Shown in pieces: positions 40,582-50,122 of a stretch of 64,000 nucleotides of DNA. A program made the position numbers and the translations under genes. Within the stretch, counting starts at the first letter, position 1; each line of letters starts with the position of its first letter. Location of the stretch: assembly GCA_045862955.1 (NCBI GenBank), contig BTVI01000005.1, positions 39,765-103,764 on the forward strand, written 5' to 3'. Below the pieces are notes generated by a model. That model was not told the origin of the DNA. It saw nothing but the letters and a program-made list of their open reading frames with translations, and made no database searches. The DNA is from Fimbriimonadales bacterium (lineage in GTDB: Bacteria > Armatimonadota > Fimbriimonadia > Fimbriimonadales > JABRVX01).

Positions 40582-41613
40582 TTGTTGCGTCCCGGTGTTC
40601 TCGTCGCAGCAGGCGCTTTCCTCCTCACCTGTGCCGCGGGCTATGTGTTCGCGCTCTCCCGGCCCCTAGCAGAGCGGGCAGAGCTGCCACTGAAGATGAC
40701 GCTCTCGGTTCCCATCATCTATGCGTTTCTCTACGCGGCGCTTACGCTCGGGTCGCCGCGAGTGGTGGCGCGATGGCGCGAGCGCGTGGATGCGAACCCT
40801 GCACTCATCTGGACCTATCCGTACCTGGTAGTGGTGCTCTACCTCGCGTTCGCAGTGCCCACTCACCAAGTGCGACTGTGGGAGTTCTCGACGCTGTTAG
40901 GTTATGCCTTCGTGCCAGTAGCCCTGGCCACCCTGCGACGGCTTTGGGCGGACTGGCTGATCGCCATATGCTTATGGTGGCCGGTGCAGGTAAAGGCGCT
41001 GAGCCTTCCGCAGATGCCGCTGGAGAACGGCGGGTTACCTACGGAGGTGCTCGTCGCTGTCACGATCGCATTCTGGACGCTACTCGTTGTGCGGAGGCTA
41101 GAAGGCTTCCACCTACCACTAACGGTGTCACTGAGCGACCTGAGATACGGCCTTAAGCTCTTCGCGGTGTTTGCCGTGGTTATGCTGCCGCTCGGGTTGC
41201 TGACAGGCTTTCTGCAGTGGAGACCGTTCACGTTACATCACACCTATGGCCTCTCGAACGGCGTCGGGCCGTTCCTGCCGTTCTTGTACGTGCTGCTACC
41301 GTTCGGTTTGTACTTCACCGTCGCGGTGCCGGAGGAGGCGCTGTTTCGCGGGATCGTGCAGAACCTGTTGAGTCGCACTCTGCGGGCGCCGATCGTGGCG
41401 TTGGTGTGCTCGGCAATCCTGTTCGGTATCGTGCACTCTAGGGGGCAGCACGAGCCATTCTACCTTGTCATGTACATGGCGTTCGCCGGACTGGCGGGAG
41501 CATTCTACGGTTGGGCGTACTACAAGACGGGCAGACTGGCCGCGGGCGCCGTAATGCATGCAGTAGTAGATTGGACGTGGCTGATTCTGTTCAATCCTAA
41601 CTGGCAAGGATAG
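40582..41613 (+). CDS. CPBP (Abi/CAAX) family intramembrane metalloprotease
   Basis: Multi-TM protein with PEEALFRG, LFGIVH and AVMHAVVD. Confidence 0.88.
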   Translation: MLRPGVLVAAGAFLLTCAAGYVFALSRPLAERAELPLKMTLSVPIIYAFLYAALTLGSPRVVARWRERVDANPALIWTYPYLVVVLYLAFAVPTHQVRLWEFSTLLGYAFVPVALATLRRLWADWLIAICLWWPVQVKALSLPQMPLENGGLPTEVLVAVTIAFWTLLVVRRLEGFHLPLTVSLSDLRYGLKLFAVFAVVMLPLGLLTGFLQWRPFTLHHTYGLSNGVGPFLPFLYVLLPFGLYFTVAVPEEALFRGIVQNLLSRTLRAPIVALVCSAILFGIVHSRGQHEPFYLVMYMAFAGLAGAFYGWAYYKTGRLAAGAVMHAVVDWTWLILFNPNWQG

Positions 41614-41614
41614 C

Positions 41615-44053
41615 CTAGCTGGCAGTCGAGAAGCGCATTCTGAGTAGGTTGCGGATCTGCAGCACGGTAAAGCCGATGAGTAGCGAGCCCATCACCCATG
41701 CCGCTGCGGTAGCATAGCCGAACTTCAGATACATGAAGGCGTTGTACCAGATTTCCAAACCCAGCACTCGCGTGGCGTTCAGCGGGCCGCCGCCGGTCAT
41801 CACGAAGATGTTCTCCATCGCCTTGAAGCTCGCGATGAACACACCTACCAAGTTGATGAGGATGAGTGGTTTCAGCCCCGGCAGGGTGATGTGGCGGATC
41901 TTGTGCCAGATGCCTGCGCCGTCGAGGTCCGCGGCCTCGTAGGACTCCTCCGAGATGTTCTTCATGGCAGCAAGGTAAATAATGCTTCCCGGGCCTGCTC
42001 CCGCCCACACTGCTACGATCACGATGGACAGCATGGCCAACTTCGGGTTGCCGAGCCAGTCTTGCGTAACGGCAATCTGCCCGATGGAAGAGCCGAGCGC
42101 GCCGTTGATACTCCCTATCAGAGCATTCAGCCCATGGAACACCGGAGCTAGCAAGGTATTGATCAATCCGGTTTCTGCGGCGTCATAGAAGTCGCGCCAC
42201 ACCAGCATGATGACGATGCCGCTGGTGACGGCTGGTAGGTAGTAAAGCGTACGGAAGAGCATCTTGCCGCGCGGAATCTCGTTCAGCCCGATGGCCAGAA
42301 TCAGGGGCGCGAAGAAGCCTATGGCCAGTGACATCACCGTATACAGCGTGCTGTTCCATAGGGATATCCAAAAGGTGTCCGAGAAGAACACCTCGATGAA
42401 GTTGTCCATGCCTGCCCACTTGGGTGGCAGCAGGATCTTGTAGTCCTGGAACGCGATCACGAGGCCACGGGCGAGTGGGTAGTACGCCCAGACCGCTATG
42501 GTCGCGACGGCGGGAAGCATCAACAGCCAGGCCGTAGCCCATTGCAGCGGTCCCCGCGTGCCTGCAGGCCGGCTTACGGGCCCGTCGTCGGTAGGTTTCC
42601 TTCGCAGAACCCATCGGATGACGAGCGCCGACGCGAGCACTAACAGCCCGGCGAGAATGCTCCAGGCCCAACGTCGCCGCGCTTCCATCACCTTCGGCGG
42701 CACGTAGTTGAGCATCTTGCGATTCATCTCGGCTGCCGCGTCGTCGAGCAGCTTACGGGAGTCCAGTTTCGGGTTCTGCACTGCGCGCTCGAGAGGCGTA
42801 TCCAGAAGGAGATACACGAGCTGAGTGTTCTTGCCGTTCACTTCCGGGTGGCCATAGCGGAACATCTGCTCGTTTGCCGCCACCCACTGCGGATCTACCT
42901 CTTGGACGTACCGCTCGTACCCGAACTTCTTCAGGTGGTATGGGTTGATCAGCTTCGCGAAGCCCTGCTTGACGAAGGCCTCGGTCTGGACGCGCTGCGC
43001 CTCTTCGCCAGCCATGAACTTGATGAACTGCCAGGCGGCGTCGCGCTTGCGCTTGTCCTTGATAGTCGCGTTGATTGCCCAGCTGCCGGCATTGATCTCG
43101 TTGCCCCATCCGGCCGGCCCCTTCGGGATCGGCGCGATACCCAGCAGCTCGGGGTTCAGCTCGGACATGTTCACCATGACATCGCTGGAGTAGGAGAGCC
43201 ACATGGCGACGCGTCCGGCGTTCACGTTCTCCCAAAGCGGCATGTTCGTGGGGGCGATGGGACCCATCACTTCGCCGTTGGGTCCTCGCCAGGTCTCCGT
43301 GGTGAGGCGTTTGTAGAAGTCCAGCGTCTTCACACCGGCATCGGTGTTGAACGCCGCTCGGAACTGCCCGTCCGGCCCGCGCTTCAGCACCTCTCCCCCC
43401 GCACCCCACAGGAAGTTGGTCCAGAACCAGGACTTGCCCTGGGGTGCCTGATCGAACATGAAGCCGTAAAGGCGCGGGTTCTTGCGTGTGAGCCTGCGGC
43501 CGTATTCGATAAACTCGTCCCAGTTTCGTGGCGGGCGGTCCGGGTCTAGGCCCACCGAGGCGAAGAGGTCCTTACGGTAATACAGCGCCATGCACACCTG
43601 GAACCACGGCAGACAGTAGACGTGCCCATCTATCGTGAGAACTTCGCGAATCGTGGGGTGGACCGTCTTCCAGACGTCGGGGTCCTTCGCGATGTACTCA
43701 TCGAGCGGATACATGAACCCCTGCTCGTAGAAGTTCCAGAGCTGGCGGAAGTTGACGTAGAAGACGTCAGGCGCCACGTCGCCGGCCATGGACATGAGGA
43801 AGTTGGCCTCGCTGGCCGGCCCCCGGATCATCAGCCCGCCGATGGCCTCGATGCGGATGTTAGGATGGGCTTTGTGGAAGGCGTCGAAGACCGCGCGGGT
43901 CGCATTGGAGCGGGGGTCGCTGGCCTCCTTGGGCGGAATGCCCCAGGCCCCGATGCCCCCCAGCATGCGCAGCCGAACGACCTCCTCGGCCCGGGTAGGG
44001 CTAGCGAGCAGGGCTCCCAGAGCGAGCCATAGGCATGCGTGGACGCACCGCAT
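41615..44053 (-). CDS. Carbohydrate ABC transporter substrate-binding protein fused to permease
   Basis: Signal peptide, CUT1-type SBP (YYRKDLF..GLDP..PP.NWDE), then permease with YEAADLDGA EAA loop. Start set at MRCVHA. Confidence 0.88.
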   Translation of the reverse strand: MRCVHACLWLALGALLASPTRAEEVVRLRMLGGIGAWGIPPKEASDPRSNATRAVFDAFHKAHPNIRIEAIGGLMIRGPASEANFLMSMAGDVAPDVFYVNFRQLWNFYEQGFMYPLDEYIAKDPDVWKTVHPTIREVLTIDGHVYCLPWFQVCMALYYRKDLFASVGLDPDRPPRNWDEFIEYGRRLTRKNPRLYGFMFDQAPQGKSWFWTNFLWGAGGEVLKRGPDGQFRAAFNTDAGVKTLDFYKRLTTETWRGPNGEVMGPIAPTNMPLWENVNAGRVAMWLSYSSDVMVNMSELNPELLGIAPIPKGPAGWGNEINAGSWAINATIKDKRKRDAAWQFIKFMAGEEAQRVQTEAFVKQGFAKLINPYHLKKFGYERYVQEVDPQWVAANEQMFRYGHPEVNGKNTQLVYLLLDTPLERAVQNPKLDSRKLLDDAAAEMNRKMLNYVPPKVMEARRRWAWSILAGLLVLASALVIRWVLRRKPTDDGPVSRPAGTRGPLQWATAWLLMLPAVATIAVWAYYPLARGLVIAFQDYKILLPPKWAGMDNFIEVFFSDTFWISLWNSTLYTVMSLAIGFFAPLILAIGLNEIPRGKMLFRTLYYLPAVTSGIVIMLVWRDFYDAAETGLINTLLAPVFHGLNALIGSINGALGSSIGQIAVTQDWLGNPKLAMLSIVIVAVWAGAGPGSIIYLAAMKNISEESYEAADLDGAGIWHKIRHITLPGLKPLILINLVGVFIASFKAMENIFVMTGGGPLNATRVLGLEIWYNAFMYLKFGYATAAAWVMGSLLIGFTVLQIRNLLRMRFSTAS

Positions 44054-44231
44054 TTCGTCGGATTGTTCGCTGTCGGGCAGGTTCGATCCTGTGTCGGCTG
44101 CCGGGGTACTGCCCGCTCGTCTAGCAGGTTCAGCGCCCCGAGGACACGATTCGGCGTTTCCGTCCTTCGGTCTAGTGCGGCAATGTGGAATGAATTCGAG
44201 GGGCGTTCGCGCGCCGCCCGTGCGTTTTGCT

Positions 44232-45956
44232 ATGCATACCGGCGAAATCTTCGTACAGGAAGGGCTTATCACCCCCGAGCAGCTCGAACACGCGTTGCAG
44301 GTGCAGCGCGAATCGGGTGGCTCGGATACGATTGCGCGGGTATTGGTGAAGCTCGGAGCCATCTCCGAGAAAGATCGCCTCCGCTGCATGGGCAAGATGT
44401 GGGGTGTTCCCTTCGCCGACTTGTCCGAGCGACCGCCCTCGCCCGAAGCTGCGATGCTGATTCCCGGCAGGATTGCGAGGAAGCTGAAGAGCATTCCCGT
44501 GAGCCTCAGCGACGGCTCGCTGCACCTTGCCATGGCGAACCCACTGGACGTGTTTGCCATAGACGAGGTGCGGTCCATCGTGGAGATGGACGTGGAGCCG
44601 ATGATCGCCTCCGAGGAGGAGATTGCCGCCTGCATCGAGGCGATGTACAAGACGGATTCGGACGTTCACAGCACCCTGAAGGGCGTGATATCGGAGTTCG
44701 AAGACGACGTGTTGGTAACCGATGCCGGTGGCGACGAGGATGTCTCCGTTGACGAACTGCGCGAGATGGGAGAAGAGGCTCCCGTCGTACGTCTTGCAAA
44801 CCTCATCATCACCCAGGCGATTGCGGACGGAGCCAGCGACATCCACGTCGAGCCACATGCTACGGGTGTGAAGGTGCGATACCGCATCGACGGAGTCCTG
44901 GCGGACGCGATGAACCTGCCGAAGAAGCTGTTCCCGCCGCTTTCCAGCCGTCTGAAGATCATGGCGGACATGGATATCTCGGAGAAGCGCGTTCCGCAGG
45001 ACAACCGCATCAGTGCGGTGATCGGCGGTCGGGAGTTCGACTTTCGTGTCTCGACGCTTCCTCTGATCCATGGCGAGAAGATCGTGTTGCGCGTGCTGGA
45101 CAAGCAGAGCATCTCCATCGGCCTAGAGAAGCTCGGGTTCCTCGATGACACGCTCAGCCTGCTTCGCAGACTTTGTTCGCGCACCTTCGGGATACTACTG
45201 GTTACGGGACCGACCGGTTCTGGCAAGTCCACGACTCTCTACTCGATTCTCAACCAGGTGAACACGGGGCTGACGAACATCTCTACCATCGAGGACCCGG
45301 TGGAATACGAGCTGCCAGGCATCAACCAGTGCGGTGTGAACGTTCGGGCCGGTATGACGTTTGCGGCGGGACTGCGCGCACTGCTTCGCCAGGACCCCGA
45401 CATCATCATGGTAGGGGAGATGCGCGACACGGAGACCGCCACCATTGCCATGGAGGCCGCTCTCACGGGCCACCTCGTGTTCTCGACCTTGCACACGAAC
45501 GATGCCCCCAGCGCACCCAGCCGCTTGTTGGATATGGGTGTCGAGCCGTTCCTCATCGCATCCTCTATCATCGGCGTGCTCGCGCAACGGTTGGTACGCG
45601 TGGTCTGTCGCAAGTGCGCGGAGGAGTACGAGGAGAGTCTGGACGCTTTTCGACGATACGGTTTCGAAGTTCCCGAGGAGGTGGTACGCGAGTCGGGCGG
45701 CAAGCTGACGTTGAAGCGTGGCAAGGGCTGCGACTATTGCAAGGGCACGGGCTACAAGGGTCGCACAGGCATTCACGAGCTGATGGAACTAACAGACGAA
45801 CTGCGTGACCTGGTACTGAAAAAGGAGCCCTCGCACAGACTGCGCGTTGTTGCCGAGCAACAAGGTATGCGCAACCTGAAGGACGATGCCGTGGCCAAGG
45901 TGTTGCGGGGAACTACCACGTTGGACGAGGTGGCCCGCGTGATCTATAGCGGGTGA
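44232..45956 (+). CDS. pilB: PilB/GspE-family assembly ATPase with N-terminal MshEN-like domain
   Basis: GASDIHVEP, GPTGSGKSTT, TIEDPVEY, LRQDPD, STLHTND and tetracysteine motif. Confidence 0.93.
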   Translation: MHTGEIFVQEGLITPEQLEHALQVQRESGGSDTIARVLVKLGAISEKDRLRCMGKMWGVPFADLSERPPSPEAAMLIPGRIARKLKSIPVSLSDGSLHLAMANPLDVFAIDEVRSIVEMDVEPMIASEEEIAACIEAMYKTDSDVHSTLKGVISEFEDDVLVTDAGGDEDVSVDELREMGEEAPVVRLANLIITQAIADGASDIHVEPHATGVKVRYRIDGVLADAMNLPKKLFPPLSSRLKIMADMDISEKRVPQDNRISAVIGGREFDFRVSTLPLIHGEKIVLRVLDKQSISIGLEKLGFLDDTLSLLRRLCSRTFGILLVTGPTGSGKSTTLYSILNQVNTGLTNISTIEDPVEYELPGINQCGVNVRAGMTFAAGLRALLRQDPDIIMVGEMRDTETATIAMEAALTGHLVFSTLHTNDAPSAPSRLLDMGVEPFLIASSIIGVLAQRLVRVVCRKCAEEYEESLDAFRRYGFEVPEEVVRESGGKLTLKRGKGCDYCKGTGYKGRTGIHELMELTDELRDLVLKKEPSHRLRVVAEQQGMRNLKDDAVAKVLRGTTTLDEVARVIYSG

Positions 45957-46822
45957 GTCGTGGCATGACGGCATTCTCAGAACCTCGAGGCACCGTGGAG
46001 CAGATCCTTGGCAAGGTCAAGGAGATCGCGGTCCTCCCGCAGGTGGTATACAAGGTGATCGAGATTACCGGCAGCCAGACGGCCAGTCCCAAGGATATCG
46101 AGGCTGCGGTCGAAGTGGACCCAGGCTTCTGCGCGCGCATTTTGCGCGTAGTGAACTCTGCGTACTACGCTCTCCCCCGCCAGGTCAGCTCGCTTCGCGA
46201 GGCGGTCTTGCTATTAGGCTTTCGGGCTCTGCGGGAACTGGCAATGACGATTGGAGCCTTCGACCTGTTCATGGGCAAGACGGATAAGAGTAGCATGCGT
46301 AGGCGTGTGTGGTGGCGCCACTCACTCGACGCCGCGCTGGCGGCGAGAGCGATGGCGCGAGTGCTCCCTGATATGAATCCCGAAGAAGCGCATGCCGCGG
46401 CACTGCTACACGACATTGGGAAACCGATGCTAGACCGCCATAGCGGTGCCGCATACGATCAGGCCGAGCTGCTGATTGCAGCAGGAATGCCTATCTTGGA
46501 AGCAGAGCGGCGCACACTGGGTGCGGATCACTGTGAGGTTGGTGTGGCCGTCGCAAAGCTATGGAGGTTCCCCGCTGCACTGACGGAGACGATCGGGTGT
46601 CATCACGTGCCTGGGCCGGACATGGACTATCCTACGCTATGCGCGCTGATAGCCTTGTGCGACGCGTTCTCGCACTGCAAGATGGCAGGCTCGGACCCGG
46701 TGGGAGCCGTGCCCGAATGGGCCCATATCGCGCTCGGCTTCGATAGTGACCAAGTACTAGCTGCCTATGAGGTGTGCTGCAAGGCGATTGACGACTCGGC
46801 ATCTTTCGGTGGTGCGTTCTAG
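45953..46822 (+). CDS. HDOD domain protein
   Basis: LPQVV..DPG..ILRVVNSAYY, WRHS, LLHDIGK and DHCEVG..WRFP..HH. Confidence 0.9.
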   Translation: MSRGMTAFSEPRGTVEQILGKVKEIAVLPQVVYKVIEITGSQTASPKDIEAAVEVDPGFCARILRVVNSAYYALPRQVSSLREAVLLLGFRALRELAMTIGAFDLFMGKTDKSSMRRRVWWRHSLDAALAARAMARVLPDMNPEEAHAAALLHDIGKPMLDRHSGAAYDQAELLIAAGMPILEAERRTLGADHCEVGVAVAKLWRFPAALTETIGCHHVPGPDMDYPTLCALIALCDAFSHCKMAGSDPVGAVPEWAHIALGFDSDQVLAAYEVCCKAIDDSASFGGAF

Positions 46823-46835
46823 GAGGTAGATACAA

Positions 46836-48047
46836 ATGCCGCAGTATTTCGACTGGAAGAAGGTGGTCCCACAAGACCTGGAGTGCCCTACCCAGGGGAT
46901 GTCGGAGGCACGCAACGAGCTGGACGTGGAGCGCGAGCTGATACGCAAGGCGCACGGCTATGATCCGGCAGAGGTACCATCCGTCGAAGAGCTGCACATA
47001 GATGATCTGCTGCGTGAGTGCGTAGAGAGAAAGGGGTCGGACCTGCATATCACGGTGGGTTTGGCACCCGTGATCCGTGTGGACGGTGAGTTGCAGCACC
47101 TGCAATACCGCCGGCTGGAGGAGCACGATACGCGACGGCTCGTCTACGATGTCTTGTCCACTGACCAGCTTCAGACTTTCGAGCGCACGCATGAGCTGGA
47201 CTTCGCCTATGGTGTCAAGGGCGTCGCGCGATTCCGTTTCAATGTATATATGCAACGTGGCAGCGTGGCGGCGGCGATGCGCGTGATTCCGTCGCGCATA
47301 CCGTCGTATGAGGACCTCCGCCTGCCCAGCGTGATCCGCGAGTTGTCGAAGCGTAGCAGCGGTTTGATCCTGGTGACTGGGCCGACCGGCTCAGGCAAGT
47401 CCACGACGATTGCTACGATGATTGACGATATCAACACTACGCGGACGTGCCACATTGTCACCATCGAAGATCCTATCGAGTACCTGCATACGCACAAAGG
47501 GTGTATGGTGAACCAGCGCGAGGTCGGACACGATACAGAGAACTTTCACAACGCATTGCGTGCGGTGCTGCGCGAGGACCCGGACGTGATTCTCGTGGGA
47601 GAGATGCGGGACTTGGAAACCATCCAGGCAGCACTGACACTCGCGGAGACGGGACACCTGGTGTTCGGAACACTCCACACGCGAAATGCTCCCCAGACGA
47701 TAGACCGAGTGATTGACGTCTTTCCTCCTCAGCAGCAAGAGCAGATCCGCGTGCTGCTGAGCAATACACTGGAGGCAGTCATCTCCCAGCAATTGATCCC
47801 GATGCTAGGTGGAGGCCGTATCGCCGCTATCGAGATTATGGTGGCGACCGCAGCCATACGCAACTTGATTCGAGAGGCGAAGACCCATCAGATGTACTCA
47901 ATCATCGAGACGGGGTCCGAATATGGGATGCAGACGATGGACCACAGTCTCGCTTTGCTTCATCGGCAGGGGTACATCAGCTTCGACGAGGCGAGCCGAC
48001 GGGCGATTGACAGGGAGACGTTCATACGATTGGCAAAGGCGGCCTGA
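46836..48047 (+). CDS. pilT: Type IV pilus retraction ATPase PilT
   Basis: GSDLHI, RFRFNVY, GPTGSGKSTT, REDPD, AIRNLIRE and GMQTMD. Confidence 0.94.
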   Translation: MPQYFDWKKVVPQDLECPTQGMSEARNELDVERELIRKAHGYDPAEVPSVEELHIDDLLRECVERKGSDLHITVGLAPVIRVDGELQHLQYRRLEEHDTRRLVYDVLSTDQLQTFERTHELDFAYGVKGVARFRFNVYMQRGSVAAAMRVIPSRIPSYEDLRLPSVIRELSKRSSGLILVTGPTGSGKSTTIATMIDDINTTRTCHIVTIEDPIEYLHTHKGCMVNQREVGHDTENFHNALRAVLREDPDVILVGEMRDLETIQAALTLAETGHLVFGTLHTRNAPQTIDRVIDVFPPQQQEQIRVLLSNTLEAVISQQLIPMLGGGRIAAIEIMVATAAIRNLIREAKTHQMYSIIETGSEYGMQTMDHSLALLHRQGYISFDEASRRAIDRETFIRLAKAA

Positions 48048-48124
48048 GTGCGCGACGGGGCGCGCTGACGACGCCTGTCGAGCAGGGGCTCGACCGCGGA
48101 CCGACGGGTGCCGCGACACACTCG

Positions 48125-48156
48125 AAGGCCCGACCCCAGGGATGGGGTCGGGCCTT
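48125..48156. terminator. Hairpin between convergent pilT and S8 protease genes
   Basis: AAGGCCCGACCCC-AGGGAT-GGGGTCGGGCCTT, a perfect 13-bp stem. Confidence 0.7.
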
Positions 48157-48178
48157 ACACCTGGGACACGATGCGCTA

Positions 48179-49849
48179 CTAGTATCCCATCATGCGTAGT
48201 CGGCAGCGATCCACTGCATAGTTGTGCGGTAGAGCGCTCGAGGTGAGTAGCCGAACCCGAACCTTGTTCGAGCTGGAGATGTAGTTCGATACTCCAGAGG
48301 GGAAGTCAATCGCCCACGTGTTCTCGGTCAGCCCGATGTTAGAGCTGATAAGGGCATACTCCCACCTAGCAGCAGACCAGTTGTACAGCTGTACTCTCTG
48401 GATTCCCGGGTTGGTAGTGAATGCGGTCAGGTCTATGGTTCCAGAAACCTTGGAGCCCGAGCCCACATCGAATTGTGCGTATAGGTCGGTGCCATAAGTC
48501 TCACGGATGGGAAAACCGGGAATGATGTAGGTGAAGAGGACGTCGGATTCCGTGTGCAGACGGTTGCCGTCCAGCGCGTGCAGTGACTGGTAGTTGCCCG
48601 ACGTGAACATGCCGAGCAGCACCGTTACCGACTCTGCCTGATAGGTGAACTCGGTCGGCGGGCCCTGGAGCGACTGGAGCGCAGCGGCCACGTTGATCCT
48701 TCCATAGGCGACCCAAGTGCCGACGTTGACACAGGTGCTCTCGATGGCGTTCCTAACCACCACTGCATTGGCATTGGAACGGCTGGACGAGTACTTGCTG
48801 TACACCAGGCCTGCGGCTCCCGCAACGTGTGGGCAAGCCATGGAGGTGCCGTCGAGGTTCGTGTAGGAGCTGCCGTAGGTGGAGTAGATGCTAACACCAG
48901 GCGCTGCCACGTCTACCCAGCTGGAACCGTAGTTCGAGAACGATGCGCGGGTATCGCTGCTCGTGCTGGCTGCCACGGCAATGCAGTTGGTGTAGGCCGC
49001 AGGATAGAACTGCTGGGTCGACCCGTTGTTACCTGCAGCGGCTACCACGACGACGCCGTTGTTCCAGGCGTTGTTCACAGCACTCTCCATCGTACCGCTA
49101 GGGCTCGAGGAACCCAGGCTCAGGCTGACAACCTTTGCGCCGTTACTGGTAGCATAGTTGATTCCCGCAGCAACCGACGAGTCGCTGCCAGAGCCGCCCG
49201 CACCCAGCACCTTGCACGCCATCAGCTTGCAGTTGAAGGCAACACCGGCGATGCCTACACCGTTGTTGGTAGCGGCTGCAGCGATGCCGGCGCAGTGCGT
49301 CCCGTGACCGTTGTCGTCCATGGGATTGCTATCGTTGTTATAGAAATCGTAGCCGCCGACGTACTTGCTGCTCAAGTCGGGATGGTTGTAGTTGATTCCC
49401 GTATCCACGATGGCGATGACCGTACCTGCATCACCCTGATGAATGTCCCATGCGCCCTGGCAGTTGATCTTCTGTGGACCCCACTGCTGGCTCCAGTAGG
49501 TGTCGTTCGGCGTGAACTCGGCATAGACCACCCCGTCCGGCTCCGCGAAGCGCACCTGCGGGCTCTTACTGATCTGCGCGATTTTCGCGAAGATGTCGGT
49601 ATCTTCCGGGTAGAGTACCACTGCCACCTTGATCTCGGGCATGTACATGCCCACTACGCCTCCGAAGAGGGCGGTGCCCTTCTGCACCGATGGGGTGGCG
49701 ATGTTCTCCTTGAAACCTACAAGCACCCGACCCTTATAGTAGGGCTTGCCGTCCTTGTCCACGGCGATCGGCGTGTCCGCCAACTGGGCCGACGCCATAC
49801 ACGCGGAGACTGCGATGCACAGCGCGGCGACAATTCGTAAAAAGCTCAT
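48179..49849 (-). CDS. Secreted S8 subtilase (thermitase-like) with unrecognised C-terminal domain
   Basis: AIVDTG, HGTHCAG, AAAGN and GTSMACPHVAG. Signal peptide from MSFLRI. Confidence 0.93.
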   Translation of the reverse strand: MSFLRIVAALCIAVSACMASAQLADTPIAVDKDGKPYYKGRVLVGFKENIATPSVQKGTALFGGVVGMYMPEIKVAVVLYPEDTDIFAKIAQISKSPQVRFAEPDGVVYAEFTPNDTYWSQQWGPQKINCQGAWDIHQGDAGTVIAIVDTGINYNHPDLSSKYVGGYDFYNNDSNPMDDNGHGTHCAGIAAAATNNGVGIAGVAFNCKLMACKVLGAGGSGSDSSVAAGINYATSNGAKVVSLSLGSSSPSGTMESAVNNAWNNGVVVVAAAGNNGSTQQFYPAAYTNCIAVAASTSSDTRASFSNYGSSWVDVAAPGVSIYSTYGSSYTNLDGTSMACPHVAGAAGLVYSKYSSSRSNANAVVVRNAIESTCVNVGTWVAYGRINVAAALQSLQGPPTEFTYQAESVTVLLGMFTSGNYQSLHALDGNRLHTESDVLFTYIIPGFPIRETYGTDLYAQFDVGSGSKVSGTIDLTAFTTNPGIQRVQLYNWSAARWEYALISSNIGLTENTWAIDFPSGVSNYISSSNKVRVRLLTSSALPHNYAVDRCRLRMMGY

Positions 49850-50069
49850 TCCCCACTTCTCCTTCGTAGTTGCCCTGCGGTGTCGTAGGTGGGCTGATAG
49901 GCGGGTTCCAGCGCGCAGCGACACTCAGCGGGTCGCACTCACGATGAACTCCCCCGGCCCTCTTCCGCCGGCTAAGCATACGACAAGATTCGGGCCGAAA
50001 GAGTTCCTGGGCCTCTCCGCTTCGAGCCCGAACCGCACCGGGAACATTCAGCAGAGTATGCACAGAGGA

Positions 50070-50097
50070 CCGCGGGCCGGCACCTGCCGGCCCGCGG
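50070..50097 (-). terminator. GC-rich hairpin after the S8-dockerin gene
   Basis: CCGCGGGCCGGCA-CC-TGCCGGCCCGCGG; no strong U tract. Confidence 0.55.
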
Positions 50098-50122
50098 AAC
50101 CCGTGGTGTCCGATACAGCCAA

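Noticed and set aside
44054..44650. 1011-aa version of the ABC fusion and 722-aa version of PilB
   Set aside because: These are mutual antisense extensions. Better starts are 44053 (-) and about 44232 (+).
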